NCBI GenBank assembly: GCA_000708835.1
Contig: DF237241.1
Span: forward strand, 45,961-109,960
Length of the DNA: 64,000 bases
Direction of reading: 5' to 3'
DNA from: Klebsormidium nitens
Lineage: Eukaryota; Plantae; Klebsormidiophyceae
The translations under genes were made by a program, and so were the position numbers. The notes beneath the pieces are model-generated. The model did not search any database and had not been told where the DNA came from. It worked only from the letters and a program-made list of their open reading frames with translations. This document shows positions 1 through 10,965 of this stretch, piece after piece; positions within the stretch are counted from its first letter, which is position 1, and each line of letters begins with the position of its first letter.

Positions 1-641
1 GGGCTGCAGTGCCATGGATACATCTATCCAAGTAGTACCAATACCCAATGGATCTCTCAGACTGGAGAATAGCCCAAAACCTGGACTGACCAGTCCCAAA
101 GCTCTTCACAAGGTACTGACTCAAATCAGTCGGCTTTCTGGCTACTGTCCCTACTGGAGAAGAGCATGATGTCAACAAACTTCAACCCAAGAATCCAGAA
201 ATGATCGAGCAAAGATGGTCTCCTCCGCTGCCAACCCTGATAACAGGCCCAGAAGAGCGTAATCTGTTGACCGCAAAAAAGCCGAAGGGGACACACAGAC
301 TCATCAACCTCATAGGTCCATATAATGTCACAAGACCAGCAGGTTGACGAAAAGAAGTTGGTGGAGAAGACTGCTTGTGGGATATCACTGCTCTTGATCC
401 AATAACCCTGGCTGTCAACCTGCACAAGACCCCCTGCATGTCTCCTTCTAGAAGCAACCATCCACGTTCGGAACAGTACCGGCCATACAGCCAGTTCTTT
501 TCCCTCTGGTCTGACACTTCAGGGTCTGCCCATCCAACAATCTAAGTAAAAATTTCCCTGAGGTCAAACAGCTTCCAAATCTGAAGAAGAGGCTTGACAC
601 AAAAGCCCCTTGAGCACTTGCTTTTTGGACCAGAAGCTCCC

Positions 642-1448
642 TCACCTGTTGTCAGCCTCTGGCAGCTGGAAACTCTGCGCAACAGCTCCGTTCTGGTGTC
701 CATTGTTGTCCTGGACATCATTCGTCCATGCCCCATCAGCAGCAGGCTCATCTGGCATCCTCTCCACGACAGCCACAGCATTGCACGCCCGGCAACGGGT
801 CTGAACCCCATCCTTTGTTTTCTTGTTGGGTGCAAAGTCACGCAACTCCTTGACGACTCTGCACTTTGAGCATTGCTTGGCGTGTGCCCAGGCCTCGTCC
901 ACCGACATGGACAAGTGGTACATATCCTTCCCAGAGCGGTCAGCAAGGCTAACTGCCACACACGCCCTGCACGAAGCCCTCAGCCCCTTCCCAGCCTTCT
1001 GGAAGTCAATCAAAGGCTTGACCCGGTGGCAAGCTATGCAAGTCTTCCCCTCCACATCAATCGAAACCCCTGCGGAATGGCTCTGAACTGTCACATGCTC
1101 CGCGTCTCCCGTCCCAACCGCCACGGCTCTGCTAGTTGTTGTGCGCATACTCCGCGAGTGACTCGATCCATGGGGCACCTCCCTAGAGCGTGAGATGTGA
1201 GCCCCCTTCTGCTCGCGCCCTGCGCTTGCACTGGCCTTCACCCTAATGCGACTGCCAACCAGCGCTTGCTCTGAACTCTTCAAGTGAAAGTCCAAAGCAC
1301 CTGCCAAAAACGTCTTTGTGAAATCAGTTAGAGGAAGATGGACAAAAGGTCTAGTAGATGCTGCATTCCCCCTGGCTGCGGACGCCCCGAACTTGGATGT
1401 GCAGGGCTTGGTCGCGGCACTGGTCTGCAGCTGGACAGAGGCCGCCAT
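642..1448 (-). CDS. Putative plastid-targeted protein with two CxxC-x4-K-x4-F-xn-CxxC zinc-binding repeats (first exon 646-1448; 3' end unresolved)
   Basis: The 268-aa ORF starts MAASVQLQTSAA, and its Ser/Thr/Ala/Arg-rich, acid-poor N-terminus resembles a transit peptide. The repeats are KTCIACHRVKPLIDFQKAGKGLRASCRAC and KQCSKCRVVKELRDFAPNKKTKDGVQTRCRAC. A donor AACAG|GTGAG at 645 suggests the ORF stop is intronic. Confidence 0.75.
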   Translation of the reverse strand: MAASVQLQTSAATKPCTSKFGASAARGNAASTRPFVHLPLTDFTKTFLAGALDFHLKSSEQALVGSRIRVKASASAGREQKGAHISRSREVPHGSSHSRSMRTTTSRAVAVGTGDAEHVTVQSHSAGVSIDVEGKTCIACHRVKPLIDFQKAGKGLRASCRACVAVSLADRSGKDMYHLSMSVDEAWAHAKQCSKCRVVKELRDFAPNKKTKDGVQTRCRACNAVAVVERMPDEPAADGAWTNDVQDNNGHQNGAVAQSFQLPEADNR

Positions 1449-1943
1449 CGCTGAGCGTTGTGCTTTCCCTAAGCTCTTGCGAGGCCCCTCAACACAGTCT
1501 TCTTCTCAAGCTGACGTCACACAAAAATCCCTAGGCCTTTGTATGTACAAGTTAGTAAACAAGCGTCTCCTCCATGAAAAAGCGCCTTGGTCCTGGATAG
1601 AATTTGCTCTTCCTTGTCCACTTTCAAATTCCAGTTCTGTCACGTAGGCATCTAGACTACGGTCTATCTTTTCCATGAGAATTCGGAGCCAGCGACAAGT
1701 GTGGGGCTGTGGCTGGTACGCAACCTGATCTGTTCAATTTTATCTCGTAGGTACAATGCATGGTTAAGAAGGGCGTTGGGTTTTGAGGAACCCACGTGGG
1801 ACGTTGCGGCGTCCGTGATGGGGCAAAATATACCTTCAAAGTCGCTGCAAATTCTAGCACGTGCGGATCGCGGCGACGGAAACAGTTGCACTCTATGGTT
1901 ACTGGTCGCTATATGCAGATGCATCGGTATGCCCTCTTTAATG

Positions 1944-2213
1944 CCGTACCGCCAAGGGAATTCGCCACCTTTTGGTGCGAAAAGTCAATTTCGTTCGTTT
2001 TGAGGTTTCACCCGTGTACTTTGAGAGTTTATTTTACATTTCGCACAAAGCATTTTTTCGCTTTCTTTTGCCCCACAAAACAGGACTTTTCACCATTTTG
2101 AGGTAATTCTTTAGTTTCGCCTTTTCGCAGTTAGGGTCCCATTTACATACTTTCTAATTCTTCGCACCGACCCCAAAATATTTATTTTCAGGCGATTTCC
2201 CTTGGCGGTACGG
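1944..2213. mobile_element. MITE (non-autonomous TIR DNA transposon), 270 bp
   Basis: TIRs are CCGTACCGCCAAGGGAATTCGCC (1944-1966) and GGCGATTTCCCTTGGCGGTACGG (2191-2213), 22/23 complementary. The interior is AT-rich and non-coding with repeated TTCGC motifs. TG flanks both ends. Confidence 0.85.
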
Positions 2214-2442
2214 TGCATGTGATCATCATTGATGCGCAGGCCGCCACGCTGGGGACAATTGTGGGCCGCGGAACTTCGCAAAATTGGAAGACAATTTTAA
2301 ACTTTCCAAGATTTTCATGTGGGCTGCGACGTCACTTTGCGAACTTAGGACTAGATTTTGAAAACCACTTTTTGGACCGTCCGAGTGGATGATTGTAGAT
2401 AGTCAGAAGCCAGACTGATTGAACGTCCGAAACCCCACCACA

Positions 2443-2597
2443 TGACGTCACGGGATCACGGTCAAGTCCAGACCGGCAAGCGCGCGGCCGCGCCGAGCCC
2501 AGTGGTCAAACGTACTGCTGGCACTGAGTGACTCCGATCGTGCCAGATCGGATCGGACCGTCTTGTGGTCTTGAACCACCACCGGGCAGTATAAATA
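2443..2597 (+). promoter_or_regulatory. Promoter-like arrangement (TGACGTCA palindrome plus TATA box) with no obvious downstream gene
   Basis: TGACGTCA at 2443-2450 and TATAAATA at 2590-2597. Confidence 0.3.
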
Positions 2598-2708
2598 CCT
2601 AGTGCTGGTTACCAGCTTTGCCATATTATCATCTGTGGCACTTGAAATTTTGCGACGGGCGCATTGCCATTAGGCCGTTAGTAGCCTCGAAGGCCGCCTG
2701 AGTCCCCG

Positions 2709-2736
2709 GCCGCCCGGCCTGGCAGGGCCGGGCGGC
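2709..2736. repeat. Perfect 11-bp all-GC hairpin
   Basis: GCCGCCCGGCC (2709-2719), loop TGGCAG, GGCCGGGCGGC (2726-2736). Confidence 0.7.
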
Positions 2737-3304
2737 GGCGGCGCAACAAGAGGCCCCGGTAATTGCCAGGCTCGCCGCCGGTGGCGAACTTTCATTTGGG
2801 ATCGTTTAGAGCAATTTTTGCAACCGTGAATGACCACAATCAGATCTGCCCGGCCGGAGTTAACCGAGAACACTGCTACTACGTCAGCCAGCCGCGCATG
2901 TAGCTGCCAGTACGCCCGCAAGAAATGCCTTGGGCGCTCATGATGTTATGTGCCACCGTCTTGATTCTCAACTTCTACGTACCCTAACCAAAATAGACTT
3001 AAGTTCAACATCTCATTATAGTAGCCGTGCGTTGCAATCCCGACAATATCACATGATCTTACATGCATAAGCTTCAGAGACAGGGCAAGTGGCCATGCAA
3101 GGGTCATTGCAAGTTGAAAACATGCCACGACATGGTTGTTGTTGCTAATCAAAACAACTTTAGGCGTCGTTTCATAAAGGTGCATTTATGTTTGTTGCGG
3201 CAATATCTCCTTTTGGGCTACTACTCTTCAACGTAAGGCTGTTGCTTCGGTAAAGAGGAATCTCATCGAGCTGAATTGCCGGCCTGCCTAGAAAGACGAC
3301 TTTA

Positions 3305-6300
3305 TCAGGCGTCCTTGTCCTTCCCTTTTGAACCTTTGTCTTCCTTCACTTCTTCGTAAGCATTTGTAACTGGGTTCAAGTAGTACCTGCAAATACAAGT
3401 CGTGAACCAGCATCAGCGTTCTCGAAGTTATGCTTTCCAATCCTCAGACCTCAAGGTTGCAACAAAAAATAACCGCTTAACCCCAAAGCATCAAAGAGTG
3501 TATAGTACTCTGGATTCGTTTCACAGTGTCACCTTCCACACCGAACTTGTCGTTCACTATGGGCACACGGTCACTTTCACTTACCATTGTTGAGTGCTAG
3601 CGCTGCAGTACAGCCCTGAGCCCGGATCGTAGTAGTAGCCCTGTTCACTATTGTAGTAGAACCTGCACAGAACTCAATTGCCTGAGGAAAAAGGCTGTGG
3701 CGGCTTTCCTAGAGGCTTTGCTCGGGGTTTCAACACAAGGCAGTACTCATCGGCCGAGCAGCCCATTCCAAACAAGCTAGCCAGAGGTGCTCGTAAGTGC
3801 TTTCGAATCTCTAGTTGGTCCATGCATGAAGCGGAGATGCAGTGGACAAGCGCGGAGGCTATACGTCTCTTGAATCACAAGCGGTTCAACATGGATTCCC
3901 GAACGGATCCAATGCATGCAATCGCTTGATTTCAGCCGATCTTTGAAAAGGACGATGCCTATACTGAAGAACGTTATCGACGCTATCAGACACAATGGTT
4001 TTCAAAGCTTCTGGATGTACTGACGGCGAAGACCTGGTATGAACTCACGGCAGGGCGAAGACTGCAACCTTATTAAATCGCTGAAGGGGTCTTCATCCTT
4101 CCGATAAAACTTGACGTACGATCCATCGATCAAAAGGAAACTTCAGAAATTTTGCAGACCAACAGCCGTACAACATGCACTTCTCGGACACCGAGGCTTG
4201 CGAGATCTGACGACCTTCAACACGAGGTACTTTGAAAGGACACGGACAAAGGGGAGGACGATATGAAGGCCACGGTTTGGTTTGACCCCGCAGACCGCTC
4301 ACCCGGAAGTCTCGTCATAGACGAATCCAGAAGCTTCGGTCGGGATACCCCCCTCTGCCCCTCTGTTAGACGCGCCCCCGTTTGCAGAGGGCCCTGCCTT
4401 TTCCCTCCCGAGAGCGGGTGCAGCGTCATCATCCGCAAACATGTCGTCATCCTCCGTTGTTGCAGCAGCTGCCTGGGCGCGCAGCCGGTGGATCGCCTCG
4501 TAACCCTCTGCTTCCCGCAGAAACGTCTCCTTCTTGTCCGAGTAAACGTCTGGACAGAGATTTCCAGCGTTCAAAATTTCCACGACATCTGAATCCGAGT
4601 CGGCCGTCGTTAACGCAATTTAAGGCGCCCAAAATACAGACCAGTGCAGACTGGGCAATAAGAAAGGGTGCAAAAGAGAACGAAGAGCTACCACAAGTCA
4701 AAGTGTGTCTTTTCCTAAGAATTACGGCTTAAATCGCAGTCCACAAAGAATGCAAGCCACAAGATTGTACTGGCTGCTGAAACATGCGCACACGCCCATA
4801 CCATCTTGCCCTTCACGAGATAGTAGGGTGCCAGATTGCGCCAGGGCGCAGATCAAATCTAGAAAGAGGACAATGAGCAGCCAAACTGCGGGACAGCGTA
4901 AGTAACCACGGAATGAAAGAAGGTCGCAGATACGACTCAAAGCGAAAAACCTGAACGGCCGATTCCGGGCTATCTTTTAAGGAAAGCGAGAGCAGGAACC
5001 AAAGGGGAAAGCCTAGATTGAGACATCAGAATAATCATAAGGGTATCTTTCCACCTTGACTTCCAGAGAGAAACGACGTTGGCCACGAACACGAGCCTTT
5101 TCGACTCTCTGGAACGTTCTGAAAGAGCTCATCAGGACAGAAATGCATGCGGACCTGGTTCGGACTACTCACTGTATTCCCCTGCCTCCATTAGCCGGCT
5201 CGCGTCCTCCGTCAAGGCATCGAACTGCCTCTTCTCCTCATCGCTCATCTTCTTCTCTTCTACCACGGGCACCCCCGGTGGTCCCCGCCCCCTCCCCCGA
5301 CCGCCCGGCTTACTTCCGCTTTGCCCCCTTCCCGCACCCCCCAAGCGCCTCAGCCCCTGGAGCACAGTCTCCCCGTTCTGAAGCGAGTCTGCGATTCGCC
5401 GTTTGATGGCGGCCATCTCGCCCGTAGACATTTCCTCCTCGACACTGTCGGCTGCGGCCTGCTCCTCAGCCGCGCGCTTGGCCAGGCTCGGGTCCACCTT
5501 CACGCCCTCCAGCCAGGCGTCCTGCAACAGATGTTTGCGCCTCAGACATTGACCGATCATCTCCAATCTGTACCAGAATACAAAAGGTGAAGCAAGGCGA
5601 GTGCGAGTGCTGGCGAGTTGTGTTGCTGATTCAGAGCAGCCAGCGCAGCAGCCCCGCACAGGGCTTCGTTCGCTCATCAAGGAACATTTGAACGTGGAGT
5701 GAGCTCCTTGTGGCAGAGTGTTTCGACTTTACCCAGATGGTCAGACGATTCAGCTTTGTGTAAACCCCGTCCTGCGGCCAAATATCCCGCTCACCCGTGC
5801 ATCGTTCTCCTGGCGGTATTCGACATAGTTGCCCTCGGCGTCGAAGTAGCCGTCCTCCCGCTCCTTCTTGAGATTGAAGGGCTCCAGCTTTGTCCCCTCG
5901 TCGTCCCGCACCAGGCCGTGCTCGTCATCATAGTCCTGAACCAGAAGGTAGAGAGTTGACCGGCTCTGCTTAGAAAAGCTACAGAGTTCGCTCATACCTT
6001 TTGAGGTTGTTGGGAAACAGAAAAGGATAGGTTGTCGAGGAACAAAAGAGGATAACCTAAGCCAAAGTACAAACACTTGAGGATTGTGCATGGCCCACAT
6101 GAAGCACTGTCAACAACGGGGGAACTTTCATGCACCTGGGGATGAACACCTCAAGACTGAGAAGAACCGTGTCACTGGATTCTTCTTGCAGAAGTCAGGA
6201 CACCATACAGTATCATGCATGAGGAACATCTGAGTACCAACTTCTCCCTTACTCAAGGCATACCACCGATTGCAGATACAAGAGTCAGTGAGATTGAGCT

Positions 6301-6951
6301 CAGAAAAAGTCCAGGATGGCCAATGTAACAAGAAGCCCAGCTTATCGGCAAGCCGAGACATCGCAAGTATAGTGATCAGACTTACCTCATAATCTTCCTC
6401 TGCCCCTCCGACATTGGTTCCGACATCTGTATCCTCTTTTAGTTTGTTCTTGCCCTTCTCCTTCCTTTTCACCGCTCGCTCCGTTGCAACAGCCCTCGCA
6501 TCCGCGGCAATTATAGGCCCTCCTGCCTCATCCAATTCCACTGCTTCCTCCTGAGCCTTCTTGCTTTTTGGGAAGCGCACCTTCTTGGCCCTGTTCCAGT
6601 AGCACGGGCCTAAGTCTTTGCTGACAGCATTGATTGAGCGATTCTCGAACTCTTGAATCCTTGCAGAGACGAAATTGACGTAAGCTTGTCCTCTCCAACC
6701 AATCGAAGATGACTGTGCATTGGTTTCAAATCTCGCGAAAATCCTGCATTATATTCAAAGTTACCAACAGAACACAGGAAAGAGTGGACTAATGCCTGGA
6801 TAATTCATGCACCACGTCGCTCTACAAAGGCTAGGAGAGCTGCAGGCAAAGAGGCTCACTTCTGATCTTCTGCAGCGTCCTCATCGTCACCTTCATCACC
6901 CCCAAAGCGCTCCCGCCTCCGCTTGAGTATTTTGCCATCGGCGTCCGTCAT
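3305..6951 (-). CDS. CD2BP2: CD2BP2/LIN1/U5-52K-like spliceosomal protein with C-terminal OCRE domain (7 exons)
   Basis: Exons 6951-6860, 6590-6386, 5935-5795, 5521-5173, 4549-4303, 3662-3585 and 3386-3305 join in frame at GT-AG junctions. Motifs: KKVRFPKSKK, LEPFNLKKEREDGYFDAEGNYVEY, DAWL, FDALTEDASRLMEAGEYNVY, and OCRE-like GFYYNSEQGYYYDPGSGLYCSASTQQWYY. Confidence 0.9.
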
Positions 6952-7503
6952 TGCTCCGCTTACTGATTGTCCAACTCGTCCTTGAACGTTTCACAACCAG
7001 TGCCTCTAAGTCTTCTACCACAGGACTCGTTGCAACCATGATGATGATCGCCTCTCCTTTATTGTTGTGTTGCACTTGAAGTTGCAGCTGCGAAGTACCT
7101 ACCACAGGCTTAAATTCAGGCCTGTGCCAGAAATTAAGCTTAAATAATAAATTGCACAATCGCAGGGTAAATATTTGCAGCTCATGCATGTACCGTAGAT
7201 CGATTCACGGGTTTCCTTTTGAGCTTTGTAATTTTTTCCTTAAGCAGATATCTACGTAATTGCTTGGTTTCTTTGGCCTGGGCCCGAAGGGTTGTGAACT
7301 TGTCATACCTATTTGAAAATTTTCAAGTTTCATCCGCTTATATATGTAGCAGATGAATATGTTAGAAATTACACCGAGCAAGTGAATTCTTTCCGCTTCA
7401 ACCTCAACCCCAGCTGTGAGGTCCAGCTGAAGCACTGCCAGCATTGCAGAACGCCAGCTTGTGAGGACCGCATGTGGTTTGCGGCCTGGCCTTTCTGAGG
7501 AGC

Positions 7504-10366
7504 ATGGCGAGCTCGTGCTTAAGACAATCTTTTATGCAGAACATTAGCTCGGTGGCAGCATTGGATGCGCGGAGCCAGTCCGAACTAGATTGTTCTACAA
7601 GCTTCTCTTGCAGGGCCAGTTCCTCGCTCGCCGCTCCTTCCTGCTTGGACAATTCTCTGATTAGTCGAGGCTTCCAGTCAAGCAGGTTCCTCTGGCATCT
7701 TGGCAGAATGGACGCCAATCTCCTCAGATCTCGGAGCAAGCAGAGCAGATCAACCAGAGCAGCTGTTGGCGATCAGGTGAGGGCAAATGTATCAGTTTCA
7801 CAAGAGGTTCCATCAGGATCACTGCGACAGTGGCCTTCATCTCTTTGTCCATCTAGTTATTTTGACAATACGGTAAGTTTGTCACTGGTGGTGGTATACT
7901 GTATGTGGTACTGTTGACGTACACATGAGGAGCGATAAATTTGCCTAAGAATGTTGGGTGCAGATATAGATGAATGAATATGGAAGCACACAGGACCTGC
8001 ACTTTTCCCCCTCTTTGATTCTCCAGTCTGACTATTTCCACGAGCTGCATAGGACAAGGTCCAGCAATATTCATCACCAACATGGCACGAGTCGCTTGGA
8101 ACAGAAACTTGGAACCATCATTCAACCTTCCTCTGTTCACTCAATCCATTTCATTGCAGGGTTCCGCTGAAGATCTGGTGAAAGCCTCGACTGGAAGCCC
8201 AGGATGGACAGCAGAAGGAGAAAACCAGGCAGCAAGTATAACTGACCTCAGCCAAGTGAGGTCTGGACTGACAATGTCTGTCGGTAGTGATGTGGGGGTG
8301 TACCAGAGTTATTGGAACTTCAAACTTCCTCATGTTGGCTTCAGTAATTGTCTCAATTCTGCCCCCATTTTCTGGCATGTCATCCTGCATCGCAGGATCC
8401 CCCACAATGCACCTCAAGAGCTGGAATGTAGGGAAATGCTTCTTGGAAACCTTGGTGATGAGCTTTCTTCAACGAGTGATGCTGCGCCATGAGAGTTCTC
8501 CGGGGTGGGCCTTTTCATGAGGCACAATCACACTGCGAGCAAGTTATATTCACGAAGGAACGTTGAACCTTTGATCTGTTGTATCAAACATTTCAAAACA
8601 CAATCTACAGAGATTGCACTGGACTGACAACTCTGCTGTGCTTCTGGCAGCCTGTAAGCGATGGAGCACCGCTGCTGGAAGCGCCAGCCTCGGTACAGGA
8701 GATGGCAGAAGCAGCCGTGGGAGCACATTCTGATGAAGCCGTCAAGAAGGGCGCCTTGATCCACGATTTCTGCTTTGGAATACCATACGGTAAGTTCCAT
8801 GTCAAGTGACAGACAACAATCTTTGTTCTGTTCCCACGAAACTTTACACTGGCTTAGTCATTTACTTTGGTTCAATGATTTGCCAGCCCTACCCCATTCC
8901 TTCCATATCCGAGTTACCATGTTGGTGTCATTTTCCACGCAGCCAAGAAAGGCTTCTCACTTGGGCCGAAAACAGAGCCTGTGCACAGAAAATCAAGTTC
9001 AATTCCCTCGATTGAGAATTCCACCTTCTTTTCCCACCTGCTACCGAGGCACAACCCGCCCATGGCATACACACACCAATCCATCCCCACTCCGTAAAGC
9101 ACACCGAATCAACATGCGCCCCGCGTTGGATGCAGGATCAGTCCTTGCTCTGGGCGGCGTGATCTGGTACTTTGTCAAGCGGCAGCCGGTTTCCCTCTGG
9201 CACGGGCTAGCACTGGGCCTCACACAGCTGCTGCTCAGTGCCCAGAGCCTCAAGGCTTGGAAAAAGGGGGCCTCGTCATTTCCATACATCCTGGGGTCGC
9301 TGGGTAAGTACGTCGGTCATTGCAATCTGATCAAGATTTTACTTTCGAAGCATAATCTTTGGCATGCGGTTATACCCTCTCTGTGCACTCAACCTTGACT
9401 TCGATTGAAGTCACGGAAGTTCCAGGTGAATGCTGTGCGATCTGTTGGAAAGATGGTCGAGCCTAATGAACCTCAGTGCCCTCTTCTTGGAGTCGTACAA
9501 GAGTCGAGGAGTTCAACTTTTAGCCTTGCTCCTGTTCAGGACAACGTGCTCACTTAGCTCGGCAGGCTCACCTCAGGATGTCTGTAACTATCGATCCCGA
9601 AAATACTGACTTCGAAAACTCAAATCTTAGCTTGGAATGGGCGGGTGTGTCAGGCGAACCGCTTCGAAGCTCGGTCTCATCAGATGCATGAACGAAAAGA
9701 GTCCGATTTGTTGCGGGACAAGTAAGTAGATCCCGGATGCTAAGCATTTGACCTTCGTTTCCAGGCATTGCCCTCTTCCTGACCGTGACCAAGGGACGAG
9801 CCTTTGCGCAAGTAAGCTGCTAGTCTTCAAACAGACGCTTCATGTCTTGCACTGGAGCTTTTCTATCCTTAGTCATTTTCTTGTTGTCAATTGGCGACCT
9901 CCTTGGACATTCTTGATAGCGACTTTGCAGTTCCACGACGTACTGACGGGTTCTGTATCTGAAACTCACTCCCTTTCCTGTTCTCTCTCCAGGGCGCACC
10001 CTTCCTTCCGATGGGGCTCACAGCGTTGACCAGGTAAGGGGTATCCTCCTTTTCAAGCAGTCGAAGATCGAGCCATTTTGGAACCGCCTTGGTTGAAGCA
10101 CTCCGAGGGACTTCGCCGTCTCATGAGGTGCTCGTTAGTATAATGGACCTATACTCATCAGGCCTGCTCTCATTCGGCTCTATCCTTGGCGCGCACTCAT
10201 TGACGGTGTGCTGTTGTCATCGTGCTTCGAACAGTCAATCTTGAGCTGGCAGCTAAGCTTGGTGTCTTTGCGGATTTGCAGCATTCTGATGGCGCTCTTC
10301 TTCTTCTACGTCCTTCTTGCCGGCGGCAACCCACCACCCAAGGCCAACAAGGCGCCTGCAGTTTGA
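7504..10366 (+). CDS. FAX1: FATTY ACID EXPORT 1-like (TMEM14 family) plastid envelope protein (7 exons)
   Basis: Exons 7504-7776 (transit peptide), 8160-8255, 8651-8789, 9136-9303, 9765-9811, 9993-10033 and 10282-10366 splice in frame. Motifs IHDFCFGIPYG, SLKAWKKGASSFPYILG and FYVLLAGGNPPPK are characteristic of plant FAX1. Confidence 0.92.
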
Positions 10367-10965
10367 ACTGGACGGAACCAAATCGGCTGGCATGAATAAT
10401 AACGGACTGACTCTTAGTGCATGTAACCATGGAACTTTTCTGAGTCCGTTCAGGGCTCAATTGATAATTACTTGCCAGGTTTACAACTATAAAAGCAAGC
10501 GAACGTTTTTTGTTTCTCTCTATCTTCTTCAAAAAGAATCGTCTAGATTGATTATGATGCACTGAACTGTGAGTCCGTGACAATACATGTTGCTCTGGTC
10601 GCATCTTGCAAACCACATGCGCTGCACATATGCTATACGTCCCATATCTAGCTGGTGGCTAAACCAGTTCACTCACATGGACTGCATATGGATGATACCA
10701 ACAAGAGAGCTTCGAAGCATTTTGAGCTGTCGACTTCAGGCCCTATACATATGTGCTAAAACAGAGACTAAATGTCCCATTTTCCTGTTTCTTAAACCTT
10801 TCCTGTAGTAAACTTTTAGAACCTTCTGTCACGTCCGGCATCTGTTGTGGCAACCCTGGCCCCCCCTATGCAGTACATACACACATGCACGTCACCACCG
10901 ACGTTATGACATTTCGAAGCATGCAACTATCGATCTGTGCAAAGTATCCCTGCACGAGGGCCTTA

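Noticed and set aside
126-517. ORFs of 111 aa near the window start
   Set aside because: No recognisable motif. I could not choose a strand or an acceptor linking them to the zinc-repeat gene.
7404-7739. 111-aa minus-strand ORF
   Set aside because: Antisense shadow of FAX1 exon 1.
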